Virus record (IMG/VR): IMGVR_UViG_3300027746_000023
Span: 1 to 57,528 of that record
Length of the DNA: 57,528 nt
Direction: 5' to 3' (one strand)
DNA from: a virus
Lineage: Duplodnaviria; Caudoviricetes
Below the pieces are notes generated by a model. That model did not search any database and was not told the origin of the DNA. It saw only the letters and a list, made by a program, of their open reading frames with translations. The translations under genes and the position numbers were made by a program. Shown piece by piece: positions 36,008 through 45,288 of the stretch. Every line of letters begins with the position of its first letter. Within the stretch, counting starts at the first letter, position 1.

Positions 36008-36010
36008 AGT

Positions 36011-37606
36011 TTAAGCGAGGACAGGGGTTGAGTTGCCGCCAATGCGAGCCGCAATCTGGCGGAGGAATTGGGTTTGCTTGCGCGTCTCATCGAGCAGCGC
36101 GGTGGGCGCACCGGCAATGCCGCCGCCACCACCGATCTTTGCCAGGCTGCTGGCAAAGAGTGGCTGATTGGAGGCTTGTTTACCTTGGTCGGCCTCCCCG
36201 CCAAAGTTGCCGAGTGCCGGGAGCTTGGTGCCTCCTGGTGTGTTAATAGCTGGCAGGGCGGCTTGGGCTTTGGTTTTGAGAGATTCCACGGTAGTCCCGA
36301 GGCGGGCAAAAGTTTCGTCCAGATTGGCCTGCACGCCGGAAACATCCACGGCACTACTGGCTCCGTCGAAACCTTGCTGGAATCCATTTCCTGCGGCGGC
36401 GAGTGTCGCGCCGATGCGTTGCTTGGCGGCGTCCATGAACGGCGTGAGCTTGTCGGCTCCAGAGGCGAGATTGGAGTCGGCGCTGCCTTGGAGAGATTGG
36501 CCAGCTCCTTTGATTGCCGCCATTGGTTTTTCAAGCATGCCGGCGAGGCCAGGGATTTTTGAAAACAGCGACAGAGCCTCGGCAATGATACCCAGTAGCT
36601 TTGCTCCAAACGCTTGAGCAGCGCCAATCAACGCATCCAGCATGCCCTTCCAGAAATCCGGCTTTGTCACGAAGCCAAACATTGTGACGGCATTCTGCAT
36701 CAACTCGGGCAGGAGCGCGCCGAGTGCAGCCATGATTCCTTGCAGGCTAGCCCAAAGGAAATTCACAGCATTCCCCAGCGAGATTTTTATCGAGTCGCCC
36801 ATGATCGACCAGATCGAGCCATCTGTCATGGCGGTGATAAACATGGCGGCTGCGCTCCCGATCTGCTGGCCAAGTGCGGTGAAGTCCATTTTGTTGAACT
36901 CTTCCACGAGCGGCAGGATCGCGGGGGCGATGGACTCTGCCATGCCGACAAAGACACCTTGGAGCTTGGTGCTGGCTCCATTGAGAAGATCGGAGACGCG
37001 GTCGAAAACAGCGGCATTTTTGTCCATGACGCCAGCCTGCGACCCGAGCGTGTCCGCAGCAGTTGCCAGCGCGCCAGAGTCGCCGAATAGCGTGAGCATC
37101 TTGCCTCCGCTTTTGCCGAAGATTTCCATGGCGGTGGCGGCTCGGGCTGTTGGGTTCTCAATGCCATTGATCGCTTCGCCGATCTTCTTGAAAGCCTCGT
37201 CAGGAGACATGCTGGAAAGTTCTTCAGCGGACAATCCCACACGAGCCAGGGCATCTGCTGCGGGACCGCTCCCACCAGCAGCATCAGCCAGCGCTTTTTG
37301 CATCTTGTTAATGGTCTTCCCCACTTCTCCAGCACCGATCCCCGCTTGGTCAAATGCGGTTTGCAGGAGCATGACTTTGCCAGTTGTCATGCCGGTCTGC
37401 CCCGCGATGTCGGAGAGAGCGCCGCCTAGATCGAGGGCTTTCTTCACGCCTACGGCAGCCACGCCCAGCGCGGCAAATGCGGCGGCACCCGCAGCGGCCA
37501 CGCCGACCATGGCGGGTTTGAGGGATGCGACGGATGTCTGAGCTTTTTTTATCGCGGTCTGAAGACCTGTATCCTTGGCTCCCAGTGTGACTGTTACGTC
37601 GGCCAT
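36011..37606 (-). CDS. Tape measure protein
   Basis: 531 aa, Ala/Gly-rich helical; AMEIFGKSG. Confidence 0.88.
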   Translation of the reverse strand: MADVTVTLGAKDTGLQTAIKKAQTSVASLKPAMVGVAAAGAAAFAALGVAAVGVKKALDLGGALSDIAGQTGMTTGKVMLLQTAFDQAGIGAGEVGKTINKMQKALADAAGGSGPAADALARVGLSAEELSSMSPDEAFKKIGEAINGIENPTARAATAMEIFGKSGGKMLTLFGDSGALATAADTLGSQAGVMDKNAAVFDRVSDLLNGASTKLQGVFVGMAESIAPAILPLVEEFNKMDFTALGQQIGSAAAMFITAMTDGSIWSIMGDSIKISLGNAVNFLWASLQGIMAALGALLPELMQNAVTMFGFVTKPDFWKGMLDALIGAAQAFGAKLLGIIAEALSLFSKIPGLAGMLEKPMAAIKGAGQSLQGSADSNLASGADKLTPFMDAAKQRIGATLAAAGNGFQQGFDGASSAVDVSGVQANLDETFARLGTTVESLKTKAQAALPAINTPGGTKLPALGNFGGEADQGKQASNQPLFASSLAKIGGGGGIAGAPTALLDETRKQTQFLRQIAARIGGNSTPVLA

Positions 37607-37607
37607 A

Positions 37608-38408
37608 TTATTGTTGGAGGCCCGCCTCCTTGGTTTTCTGCTTGCGAATTGCGTGGTTCATCATGCTGAAAAATTTTCGACGGGCGAGGTTGACCGCAAA
37701 GGATTGGCCGTTTCCGGAAAGAGTTTCTCGAGCGTAGCGGACGCCGTTTTTGAGTTTGATTTCCCAAGAAAAGCCTGTGGCTTTACGGTCGTTTATAGAC
37801 CCTTTTGCTTGTGCCATGTTTCGCCGCACCCACGCTGGAATGCCGCGCAATGGTTGGCGCGTATCGGCTTTGCATGCGGCAGCCGCAATGCCCCACCCTG
37901 CTTTTGCAAGACCGACTTTTTTTAGCGTTTCCTTTAGATATTTCCGATAGGCGGCTTGCTTGATAATTCCGCGATCCAGCATTTTGAGCGCTTTAGTCGT
38001 CCCGTCAGGAGAGCGGTTTTTTTTATGAAATGTTTTAGCTGACTCAGCGCTTGCAATCGTTTCCTGTGTGTCACGCGCCCATACGATGCTCGACTTTGTG
38101 TGGACAAGCACTTCGCGCCCTTCTTTGCCCATATTCATAACGGCCCGCCACCAAGCGGGATTTACGATTGTAAAAATACTACGAAGATTTCTTGTGATCT
38201 TTTTTTCACCTCGTTTTTTTGCTGCTACGTTAGCCCCTTTGGGCGCTGTGTTTTTTGCAAGTTCAACGGCGCAGAGCCGCCCGGCGTTATGGACAAGTTG
38301 GCGAACTTCCTTGCCCACGACTTGCTCGTATTTACGCATCTTGCTAAGCATCTTCGCGTCGTCGATTTTTATGGTGGGCGCTGGCATTTTATTCGTCGTC
38401 CTCGTCAA
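37608..38408 (-). CDS. Basic tail-completion/neck-like protein
   Basis: Lys/Arg-rich; KVGLAKAGW, IPAWVRR. Confidence 0.55.
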   Translation of the reverse strand: MTRTTNKMPAPTIKIDDAKMLSKMRKYEQVVGKEVRQLVHNAGRLCAVELAKNTAPKGANVAAKKRGEKKITRNLRSIFTIVNPAWWRAVMNMGKEGREVLVHTKSSIVWARDTQETIASAESAKTFHKKNRSPDGTTKALKMLDRGIIKQAAYRKYLKETLKKVGLAKAGWGIAAAACKADTRQPLRGIPAWVRRNMAQAKGSINDRKATGFSWEIKLKNGVRYARETLSGNGQSFAVNLARRKFFSMMNHAIRKQKTKEAGLQQ

Positions 38409-38589
38409 TAGTTGGCAGCGAAGTCAAAAGCGAGGCGAGGTCGTGCTCGGCCGGGGCGGAGGGCTTGACGGTCCAGACGCCATGCGCGCGCAGGGCGGCG
38501 TGTTGGTAGGCCAGCGCGCGGTGCAGTGGAAGTTCCCATAGTATGTAGTGTTCGGGCCATGCGGTTTCTCGGGCCAGGGTGAAGACCAT
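38389..38589 (-). CDS. Chaperone frameshift extension (gpT-like)
   Basis: Lies in the -1 frame of 38613-38999 after the slippery site. Confidence 0.7.
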   Translation of the reverse strand: MVFTLARETAWPEHYILWELPLHRALAYQHAALRAHGVWTVKPSAPAEHDLASLLTSLPTIDEDDE

Positions 38590-38612
38590 CGAGGCGGCCT
38601 GCCCTGGCTCAA

Positions 38613-38999
38613 TTAGTTTGGGGGGATGTTTTCCTCTTTCTCTCCGGGCTTGGATTCGACGCTGAAGGATGCTGCGCTTACTTGCTCCCCGATTCGGTTC
38701 AGCTCGGCGCTGAGTTCACCCACTCGGGAGAGGTCGATCGAGAACATAAAAGCGTCGATGGCTTCATCCGATTTGCCTGTGTGCACGGCGCGCAGGACGT
38801 CGGCAATCGGTGCGCTTTGTAGCCAAGCGACGGCGGCGAGGTTGCGCATCTGGTCGGCCTCGGAGAGCGTCCCATCGATGGTAATCCCAAGGCGCTGCAT
38901 GAGGTGGAATGAGCCAATACTGAATGGCCGCATTTTTAGCCCGGCGACCTCAAGCATGTCGGGGCTGAGAAACATATAGTCGGATTTTGGGTCGATCAT
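38613..38999 (-). CDS. Tail assembly chaperone (gpG-like)
   Basis: 128 aa ending C CCA AAC TAA. Confidence 0.75.
   Translation of the reverse strand: MIDPKSDYMFLSPDMLEVAGLKMRPFSIGSFHLMQRLGITIDGTLSEADQMRNLAAVAWLQSAPIADVLRAVHTGKSDEAIDAFMFSIDLSRVGELSAELNRIGEQVSAASFSVESKPGEKEENIPPN
38616..38622 (-). promoter_or_regulatory. -1 ribosomal slippery heptamer CCCAAAC
   Basis: X XXY YYZ in the correct phase just before the stop; -1 frame open into 38389-38589. Confidence 0.75.
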
Positions 39000-39496
39000 T
39001 TGAGGTAGGAGAGGAGTTTTTCTTTTTTGTCCTGGGGAAGCTCGGCGGGGATCGTGACCATGCGGTTGCCGCGTCGGAGCACGGCAGCGGGAGTCATGGC
39101 GCGAATCTTGTCACGCAGCTCGGAGAGGTGGCGGGCGCTCCACCGCATAAACGCAATCGGGTGGTGTGAGTGCTCGAGGCACCACTGCTCGCTCTCGTAG
39201 CGGCTGCGGAATTCTTCGAAGTCAATTTCCTCTCGGCCTTCTGCTGTCACAAAAAGCCCTTTGCTGGAGCCGTCGATAAACCACTCAACTTTGCGAAGCG
39301 GTCCCTTCTCCGTCTGTTCAACGGTGTCGCGGAATCCACCGGAGTCTACGAGCCGGAATCCGCTGGTGAGCGCGTCGGCAATGAGCCGGGTATTTGCCGC
39401 GTTGAGCGGGTTGTTGCCGTAGCGCACGCGGCCATCGGCGTTTTTTTCACCGAGGCAAAACTCGGTGATGTAGTGGTAGCTGTCTCCTGATTTCAT
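38996..39496 (-). CDS. Conserved hypothetical protein
   Basis: Homolog of 340-840. Confidence 0.8.
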   Translation of the reverse strand: MKSGDSYHYITEFCLGEKNADGRVRYGNNPLNAANTRLIADALTSGFRLVDSGGFRDTVEQTEKGPLRKVEWFIDGSSKGLFVTAEGREEIDFEEFRSRYESEQWCLEHSHHPIAFMRWSARHLSELRDKIRAMTPAAVLRRGNRMVTIPAELPQDKKEKLLSYLK

Positions 39497-39547
39497 AATG
39501 TGATCGGTAGGCAGACGGCCGGTCTGCGAGCGGGCGCTTGTGCGCGG

Positions 39548-39868
39548 TTAGGTAGCTGACGGGAAGGCTTCTCCCGAGTATTCCCAAGACTCCCAGTCGT
39601 CATTGTTCGTCTGGTTTTTGATTGAGTTGATGATGACTTTGCCCGTGACGCCGGAGGGTTTGCCAGTGCCTGCGGCATTTATTGATACAGGGCAGACCGC
39701 CCCCTTGCCGGACACGGTGAAAGAAAACTTGGGGTCGAATACGGCGGCTTTTGAGTATTTCCCTGCCTTGTCCACTAGGATCGAAACCTCGCCTTGTGAA
39801 GTGACTTCCACGCTTTGCGCAGTGGTGTGTGTAACTAAATTTATTCCGATTGCGGTTGGTGCGGCCAT
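39548..39868 (-). CDS. Small putative tail tube-like protein 2
   Basis: Homolog of 892-1212. Confidence 0.55.
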   Translation of the reverse strand: MAAPTAIGINLVTHTTAQSVEVTSQGEVSILVDKAGKYSKAAVFDPKFSFTVSGKGAVCPVSINAAGTGKPSGVTGKVIINSIKNQTNNDDWESWEYSGEAFPSAT

Positions 39869-39871
39869 AGG

Positions 39872-40180
39872 TCAGTTCGAGGCAAATTGTTGATAGGTGA
39901 CTTCGTAGTCAGGGAAATCCTCGGCGGATTCGGAGGTTTTTGCCGAGGTGATGACAGCTGTGCCGGTCACATTTGCATTAGCCGTAACGGCCGGAGCGTA
40001 GCTTCCCTTGCCCTTGATCACGATTTCTGTGGTGGTCACGCCTTTCAGCACGGCGAGTTTTGTCACGCCACTCGTATCACGCACGGTTGCAATCTCGGCA
40101 GATTCGGTTTTCGTCGTTTCTTGAACGAAACCCGAAGCCGGGTCTGTGACGCCAAAAAGATCAATCGTTGCAAAGGCCAT
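39872..40180 (-). CDS. Small putative tail tube-like protein 1
   Basis: Homolog of 1215-1523. Confidence 0.55.
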   Translation of the reverse strand: MAFATIDLFGVTDPASGFVQETTKTESAEIATVRDTSGVTKLAVLKGVTTTEIVIKGKGSYAPAVTANANVTGTAVITSAKTSESAEDFPDYEVTYQQFASN

Positions 40181-40182
40181 GG

Positions 40183-40338
40183 TTATTCGGTGGTGGTGGG
40201 TTCGGCTGGGACGACCAGCGTAAAATAAATTTCCTTCTTCGTGCCGCCTGCGACTGGCACAGAGCCGATGCTTGCAAAGGCTCCGGCAGCGTTTGCCTCT
40301 TCGACAAGGGCGGTGAGTTTTTCAAGAAGCTCGCTCAT
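40183..40338 (-). CDS. 51-aa hypothetical protein
   Basis: Homolog of 1525-1683. Confidence 0.65.
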   Translation of the reverse strand: MSELLEKLTALVEEANAAGAFASIGSVPVAGGTKKEIYFTLVVPAEPTTTE

Positions 40339-40355
40339 TTGCCTTGTTTCAGTTG

Positions 40356-40754
40356 TCAAATTTCTCGGACACCGATCACAATCTCGGCCGTCGTGTGCAG
40401 GCGGTCATTTTCCCTCGCCTCCGACCAACTTGTGAGATGCCGCCCGCTGAACGCGAGCGCTTGTGGAAAAAATGCCGAGACGCCCGAGAGGTTCGCACCA
40501 GCGCGAAGCGAGGCAGCAAGCGAGCGGTGCATTTCCAGCGAATCCTCAATGACGGCAGGCGTTGAAAGCGTGATCTGCACGGTGGCTCTGTAAAGGCCAG
40601 CAACAGTGCTGTTCGCGTTATCACACGAGACGACAACAACCGGCATGTCTCCGGGGATTTCTTTATCATCGGTGGCTGTGTGAATGGCTACGCCCTCCAA
40701 CTCGGGAAGGTCGTGCAGGTAATTTGCAACCGCATTTTGGATTTCAAGAGTCAT
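40356..40754 (-). CDS. Putative tail terminator protein
   Basis: Homolog of 1701-2099. Confidence 0.6.
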   Translation of the reverse strand: MTLEIQNAVANYLHDLPELEGVAIHTATDDKEIPGDMPVVVVSCDNANSTVAGLYRATVQITLSTPAVIEDSLEMHRSLAASLRAGANLSGVSAFFPQALAFSGRHLTSWSEARENDRLHTTAEIVIGVREI

Positions 40755-41074
40755 AGTGAGGAGCCTGGAACGATGGTGGTGACGAACTCAAACGGCGTGC
40801 CGGTCTGCTCGCGCACGGTGGCAATGGTGTAGGTCTTGCCATCGATCAAAAGCTGCTCGCCACGGCGGGGAGCGGATTGCACGGACGAGGCCAGAAAGCG
40901 TGCGGTGAATTCGCCGCCTTGGCGCAGGCCGCCGGTCTCGAGATCAAGACCGATGGCGATGGCGGACAGGCCGACGCGGATGCTCTGCCCGCGAAAGGTA
41001 GCAGGCTTGCCGAGGAGCGTATTGCGCGCCGTGGCAGCTAGGTTTTCGAGGTGGTCTTTTTGCGCAGGCGACAT
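40751..41074 (-). CDS. Head-tail joining protein (FII-like)
   Basis: Homolog of 2096-2419. Confidence 0.7.
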   Translation of the reverse strand: MSPAQKDHLENLAATARNTLLGKPATFRGQSIRVGLSAIAIGLDLETGGLRQGGEFTARFLASSVQSAPRRGEQLLIDGKTYTIATVREQTGTPFEFVTTIVPGSSL

Positions 41075-41155
41075 GCCTGTGCAGGGGTGTCAAAAGCAGA
41101 ACGCCCGACCGGAAAAGGCTAACCGGTCGGGCGTTTGCGGGTGCGGGATGCGGGA

Positions 41156-42007
41156 TTAGGCGGCTGGGACGATGAGGGACATCGTGCCGTCAGTGAGGCC
41201 AGCGGCGGCTCCGAACATCACTTCCAGGGATGCGATGAGCGAGCGAGTAGTTTTGTCGCTGTAGACATTGTAGGCCACGGTGAGGCCGATCTCGTCGAGA
41301 GTGACCGAGTCGGATATCATGTAGTCGTTATCCGCAAGAGCAGGAACGGCGGCGGCCATGACGAGCGCTTCGGGTGAGCAGGCGAACCCTTTGAGGTTAG
41401 CCTGGCCGCCGAATACGGTGGCGTAGTGAACCCCGTTCTCGAAGCCGTAAGCTCCATCACCGAGGTTCAGCGCTGTGGTGCTAGTCGGGATGAGATTCGA
41501 GTAGATGACGGGCGAGACCACGAGGCCTTTGCGCATGCTCTTGTGGACGGCTGCCCAGAGCTTGGGAAGAGCGCCAGAGTTTGCGTTGATGCCGGACTCG
41601 GCAGAGGTGACGGTGGCGGCGCCGAAATTGGCAACGGTCACAGGGGCAGTGGCGAGCAGCCAGATTTTGTCGGCAATGGCGTCGAGATTGATCTGGATGA
41701 GGCGCTCCAAGCGGTGTGCGGATTGGAGGTCGCTGTAGCTCAAACCAAATGGCTGATAAACATGGTCAAGAGTGACACTGGCTTTGCCGAGTGTCGTTCC
41801 GCCGATGCTGTTGAATGTGGTGGGGTTCACCGATGTGGCAGCAGTCGCAGAGGCAATGGCAACATGGACCGTGTCTTTTGGCTTCTTAACATCGGAGGAG
41901 AAATCCGAAGCGAAGAGGTTGAGAGCGCTGAGGCGCTTGCTAAGGATGGTTTTGGTTTGTGCGGAGATAGAATCCGCAACCAAGGATGAATCGAATGTAT
42001 TGGGCAT
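41156..42007 (-). CDS. Major capsid protein, phage B
   Basis: 283 aa after protease; distant similarity to 2757-3662 (YQPF, PEAL, EVxxG). Confidence 0.8.
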   Translation of the reverse strand: MPNTFDSSLVADSISAQTKTILSKRLSALNLFASDFSSDVKKPKDTVHVAIASATAATSVNPTTFNSIGGTTLGKASVTLDHVYQPFGLSYSDLQSAHRLERLIQINLDAIADKIWLLATAPVTVANFGAATVTSAESGINANSGALPKLWAAVHKSMRKGLVVSPVIYSNLIPTSTTALNLGDGAYGFENGVHYATVFGGQANLKGFACSPEALVMAAAVPALADNDYMISDSVTLDEIGLTVAYNVYSDKTTRSLIASLEVMFGAAAGLTDGTMSLIVPAA

Positions 42008-42049
42008 TTTGGTGGTGGTTTTGGTTGTTGGTGTCGGGTTCTCCTCGGC

Positions 42050-43135
42050 TTACGCTTTGGAAACTTTATTGCGGTGCGCCCAGATGGCGGCCTTGTGCTT
42101 GGCAAATAGGGTGGATGCGGCTTTGCGGTCGCCGGACTCGATGGCGGCGAGATACTCGGCCACGGGATCGGCGGCTTCTGGAGCGGCATTTTCGATGAGC
42201 GGGACGACGCGGGCGGGAGCCAAGCCGAGGCTGGCCTCAAGGCGGGCAAGGGCTTCGCGTTCGCGGGAAAGTTGGCCCTTGGCGGCGACGAGCTCGGCTC
42301 GGAGCGAGTCGCGCTCGGCGGAGATAGCGTTGTATTTTGCCAGGATGGAGTCGGCGGCGGCGAGTGCCACGGGAGCGGCAGGCTCTTCGGTGACGGGCTT
42401 TTGGGTTTCTTCCTCGCCGGCGGGTTGCTCAACGGGAGCGGATTCGCTCACGACGGTGGCCTCGGGGGTCTCGGTGAGCGCTGGCTCTTCGGCGATGATT
42501 TCGGGTTCGGATGGATTTTCCATTTGCAGGGCGCGGGCTGTCAAATCGGCGGGAGCGTTGCGATACTTCGCCAGGGCGCGGAAATTTGCGGAGGCTGCGA
42601 GAGCCATGCCGTCGGTGATCTCATCCACAAAACCGGCGGCCTGCGCCTGCTCGGCGGTGAACCAGGTCTCGGCATCCATCCACTGCTCAATGAGCGCTGG
42701 CTCTTGGCCGGACTTCGCGGCGTAGGCGTTCACCATGTTTTGCCGGATGCGGTCGAGAAGCTCGGCCTGCTTGCGCATCTCGGAGGAGTCGCCAACGGCG
42801 GATCCCCAGGGATTGTGAATCATGTAAAAACCATTTTCAGCCATTCTCACGGGGCTACCTGCCAGGCTGATGACCGTGGCCATACTGGCCGCAATGCCCT
42901 CGATCTGGACCTCTACATTTCCTCTCCGCTGGAGCGCTGTGAAGATGGCATTGCCGTCGAACACCTCTCCGCCAGGGCTGTGAATCTTGAGGAGTATGGA
43001 GTGGTCGGCAGGGACAGCTTGCAAATCGCCGATGAATTGCTTGGCAGAGACGCCAAACATTCCGATCTCATCGAAAATGGAGATTTCGGTTTGCTTGAGC
43101 GCAGGTTTGTAAGAAAGGGCATACCAGGAGTTCAC
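42050..43135 (-). CDS. ClpP-like head protease with scaffold, phage B
   Basis: IHSPGGEV, IAASMAT, MIHNPW, ETWFTAEQA. Confidence 0.92.
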   Translation of the reverse strand: MNSWYALSYKPALKQTEISIFDEIGMFGVSAKQFIGDLQAVPADHSILLKIHSPGGEVFDGNAIFTALQRRGNVEVQIEGIAASMATVISLAGSPVRMAENGFYMIHNPWGSAVGDSSEMRKQAELLDRIRQNMVNAYAAKSGQEPALIEQWMDAETWFTAEQAQAAGFVDEITDGMALAASANFRALAKYRNAPADLTARALQMENPSEPEIIAEEPALTETPEATVVSESAPVEQPAGEEETQKPVTEEPAAPVALAAADSILAKYNAISAERDSLRAELVAAKGQLSREREALARLEASLGLAPARVVPLIENAAPEAADPVAEYLAAIESGDRKAASTLFAKHKAAIWAHRNKVSKA

Positions 43136-43150
43136 GCCTCCGGTGGCATG

Positions 43151-43387
43151 TCAAAAGGCGGGGCTGGATTTTCCAAAGAAAAACGAGTCGGTGCCGAAGC
43201 GGTGCTTGGCGACCTGGTATCTCTGCTGAATCTCACGCCGCTCGGCGGTGCGGCTCCAGAAATAAGCCTCGGCGCGCTCCATGTCCGCGCCCAACCGCGC
43301 GCACCAGGCAGACTCACGCAACTCAAGGCAGCCAGCGGATGTCTGGAGGTGGATAGCTTTGCGACCTCTCGTCCTACGTATTTGCAT
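43151..43387 (-). CDS. Hypothetical protein
   Basis: 78 aa between portal and protease. Confidence 0.45.
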   Translation of the reverse strand: MQIRRTRGRKAIHLQTSAGCLELRESAWCARLGADMERAEAYFWSRTAERREIQQRYQVAKHRFGTDSFFFGKSSPAF

Positions 43388-43518
43388 ATTTGCGGTGGCG
43401 GATGTAGTCGGCCAAGTTGAGTTGCACGGGTGGCTCTGGCTTAGGCTGCGGAGCAGGCGGCACGCTGTAGAGTGGACGCCCGAGCTTGGCGCGCAGGGCG
43501 TTCAGAAACGGAAGGTGC

Positions 43519-44964
43519 TCAGACTTGGGCTGAAGTGCGGGCGACTTCATGCGAGGGGAAGACATCGGCGGGGTTGAGGCCAAGGGCTGCGCATTTCTCC
43601 TGGCGGCGGAGGTAGCCAGAGATGATGGCGTCTTCGGTTTCCACGGAATTGATGCCATGGATGTCGCAGTAGTATTCCCACGACATATAGCCACTATCGA
43701 GGAGTTGGGCATACAACCTGCCATCCCTGCCGTTATCGACGGTGATTTTCTTTGGAGCGCGGAAGGAGCAACGCCACCAATCGTCTCCTGGGTAAGGAAG
43801 TCGGCCCGACTGGATCTCGTGCCACACCCAGTATTTCCAAAACGGCCTGCAAAATTGATCGACGAGCATTTGCTGCAAGCGCTCAAGGAAATTCTGCGCA
43901 ATCTCCAAGATGCCTCGAAACTCGGTGCCTGCGGCTCCAGTCGTAAGCATGATAGCCTCGGGCGGAAGGCCGATGCCTCGAGCGATCTCGCCCATGATTG
44001 TATTGATGAAAGGCTCGAAGGAAGTTCCGGGGTGCTCGTTTTTGAAACTCTGAATGGATTCGCCGGGGCGGAGCTTGGGGATTAGTGTGCCGTTGTAAAG
44101 GGTCTCGGTGGTGATGTCCTGCGGGACAACATCACCACTTTGAAGGCTGGAGAGGCCGCCGCCGAGGCGGACGGCTTCATTGCTGGTGATGGCAAACGCA
44201 ATTTGAGCGCCTGCTTTGGCAGAGCCTTTTTCGTAGGCGAGATACTCCAGAAGATCGTGGCAATTCACGATGGCGTTATGCAACCATGAGACACCGCGTG
44301 GGTAGCCCGAGCGCCGCACATGTCGGAAGTGGAGTATATCGGAGGCGGGGACATCCTGGTATTTCCCGGCCGATCTGTCGGTGATGACGCGGTAAGAGAC
44401 CGGCGCTCCATATTTGTCGAGAAGCACGCCATCAAAGGCTCGCTCGCTGGAATCGGCTGTGGAGCCTACAGTTTCACCGCCAAGAAAACGAACGCGAGCA
44501 GCACCGGCATCCGTCTTCAGAAACTGCGCGAAGAAGTCGCCATCGACCGCAACCTGGCGAATGATGAGGCTCTGCGCGCCAAAGAAATTGACCTGTGCGG
44601 AGGAATCAAAAGACCACGCCTCGGCACAGGCGCGGTCCAGAAATGCGCGCTCGGCGAGGCGATTCCACTCGGCATTTGCTGTCGTAGGCTTCGGGCGAAT
44701 GCCGGTGCCGACCGCTCGCTGTGCCAAATGTTCGATGAGGTATGAAGCGACGCCGAGGTTGTTGTAAAGCCAGCGACTTTTTTTCAGCAACTCGATGCGA
44801 GTTTGCGGCGGGGCCTCGCGCTTGGGGTCCACGGTATTAAGGACGATGAGGCCGCGATTGCGGGAGAACTCAGCGGCTTCGTAAGCAGCGGCTTTTGGCC
44901 GACCTGCACCGGGGCGAGCGCCGCCGCGATTTGATTTGTTTGAATTTTTTTTGATTTGCGGCAC
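43519..44964 (-). CDS. Portal protein, lambda family, phage B
   Basis: Clear homolog of 4835-6316. Confidence 0.9.
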   Translation of the reverse strand: MPQIKKNSNKSNRGGARPGAGRPKAAAYEAAEFSRNRGLIVLNTVDPKREAPPQTRIELLKKSRWLYNNLGVASYLIEHLAQRAVGTGIRPKPTTANAEWNRLAERAFLDRACAEAWSFDSSAQVNFFGAQSLIIRQVAVDGDFFAQFLKTDAGAARVRFLGGETVGSTADSSERAFDGVLLDKYGAPVSYRVITDRSAGKYQDVPASDILHFRHVRRSGYPRGVSWLHNAIVNCHDLLEYLAYEKGSAKAGAQIAFAITSNEAVRLGGGLSSLQSGDVVPQDITTETLYNGTLIPKLRPGESIQSFKNEHPGTSFEPFINTIMGEIARGIGLPPEAIMLTTGAAGTEFRGILEIAQNFLERLQQMLVDQFCRPFWKYWVWHEIQSGRLPYPGDDWWRCSFRAPKKITVDNGRDGRLYAQLLDSGYMSWEYYCDIHGINSVETEDAIISGYLRRQEKCAALGLNPADVFPSHEVARTSAQV

Positions 44965-44979
44965 GCATGCTGTGGCGTG

Positions 44980-45261
44980 TCAAACAGGGGAGGCGTAGAG
45001 AGAGCGGTCCACAACAGCGCACAGGGAGCGCGGCGCGTTGCCTTCGGCATAGACCTCCATGATCACGGCGAGGCGGGCGGTCTTGGGAAGATCACTGACC
45101 TGCGCGCCGGTGCCGGTGCCATCTCCCGAAAGGCTGGTGATGATGGTTTCCTCGATGCCGGACTCCACCGCTGCGGCCATGGTAAGAAGCTCGGCCTTTG
45201 ATTTGCCGAGGGCTTTCAGATAGGCCTTGTAGCCTGCGCGTGCGGTGTCGGATGCGGTCAC
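44980..45261 (-). CDS. Head completion/adaptor protein
   Basis: Homolog of 6332-6607 (ITSLSxDGTGTG). Confidence 0.6.
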   Translation of the reverse strand: MTASDTARAGYKAYLKALGKSKAELLTMAAAVESGIEETIITSLSGDGTGTGAQVSDLPKTARLAVIMEVYAEGNAPRSLCAVVDRSLYASPV

Positions 45262-45288
45262 AAGCGGATCGACCTGTCAAAAGGGAGA

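Larger units (their letters stand above)
1..38656. mobile_element. Temperate siphophage A (inferred ~38.7 kb circle)
   Basis: Full head, tail, lysis, replication and integration gene set; 1-127 is identical to 38657-38783, closing a circle; attP has phage DNA on both sides. Confidence 0.8.
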
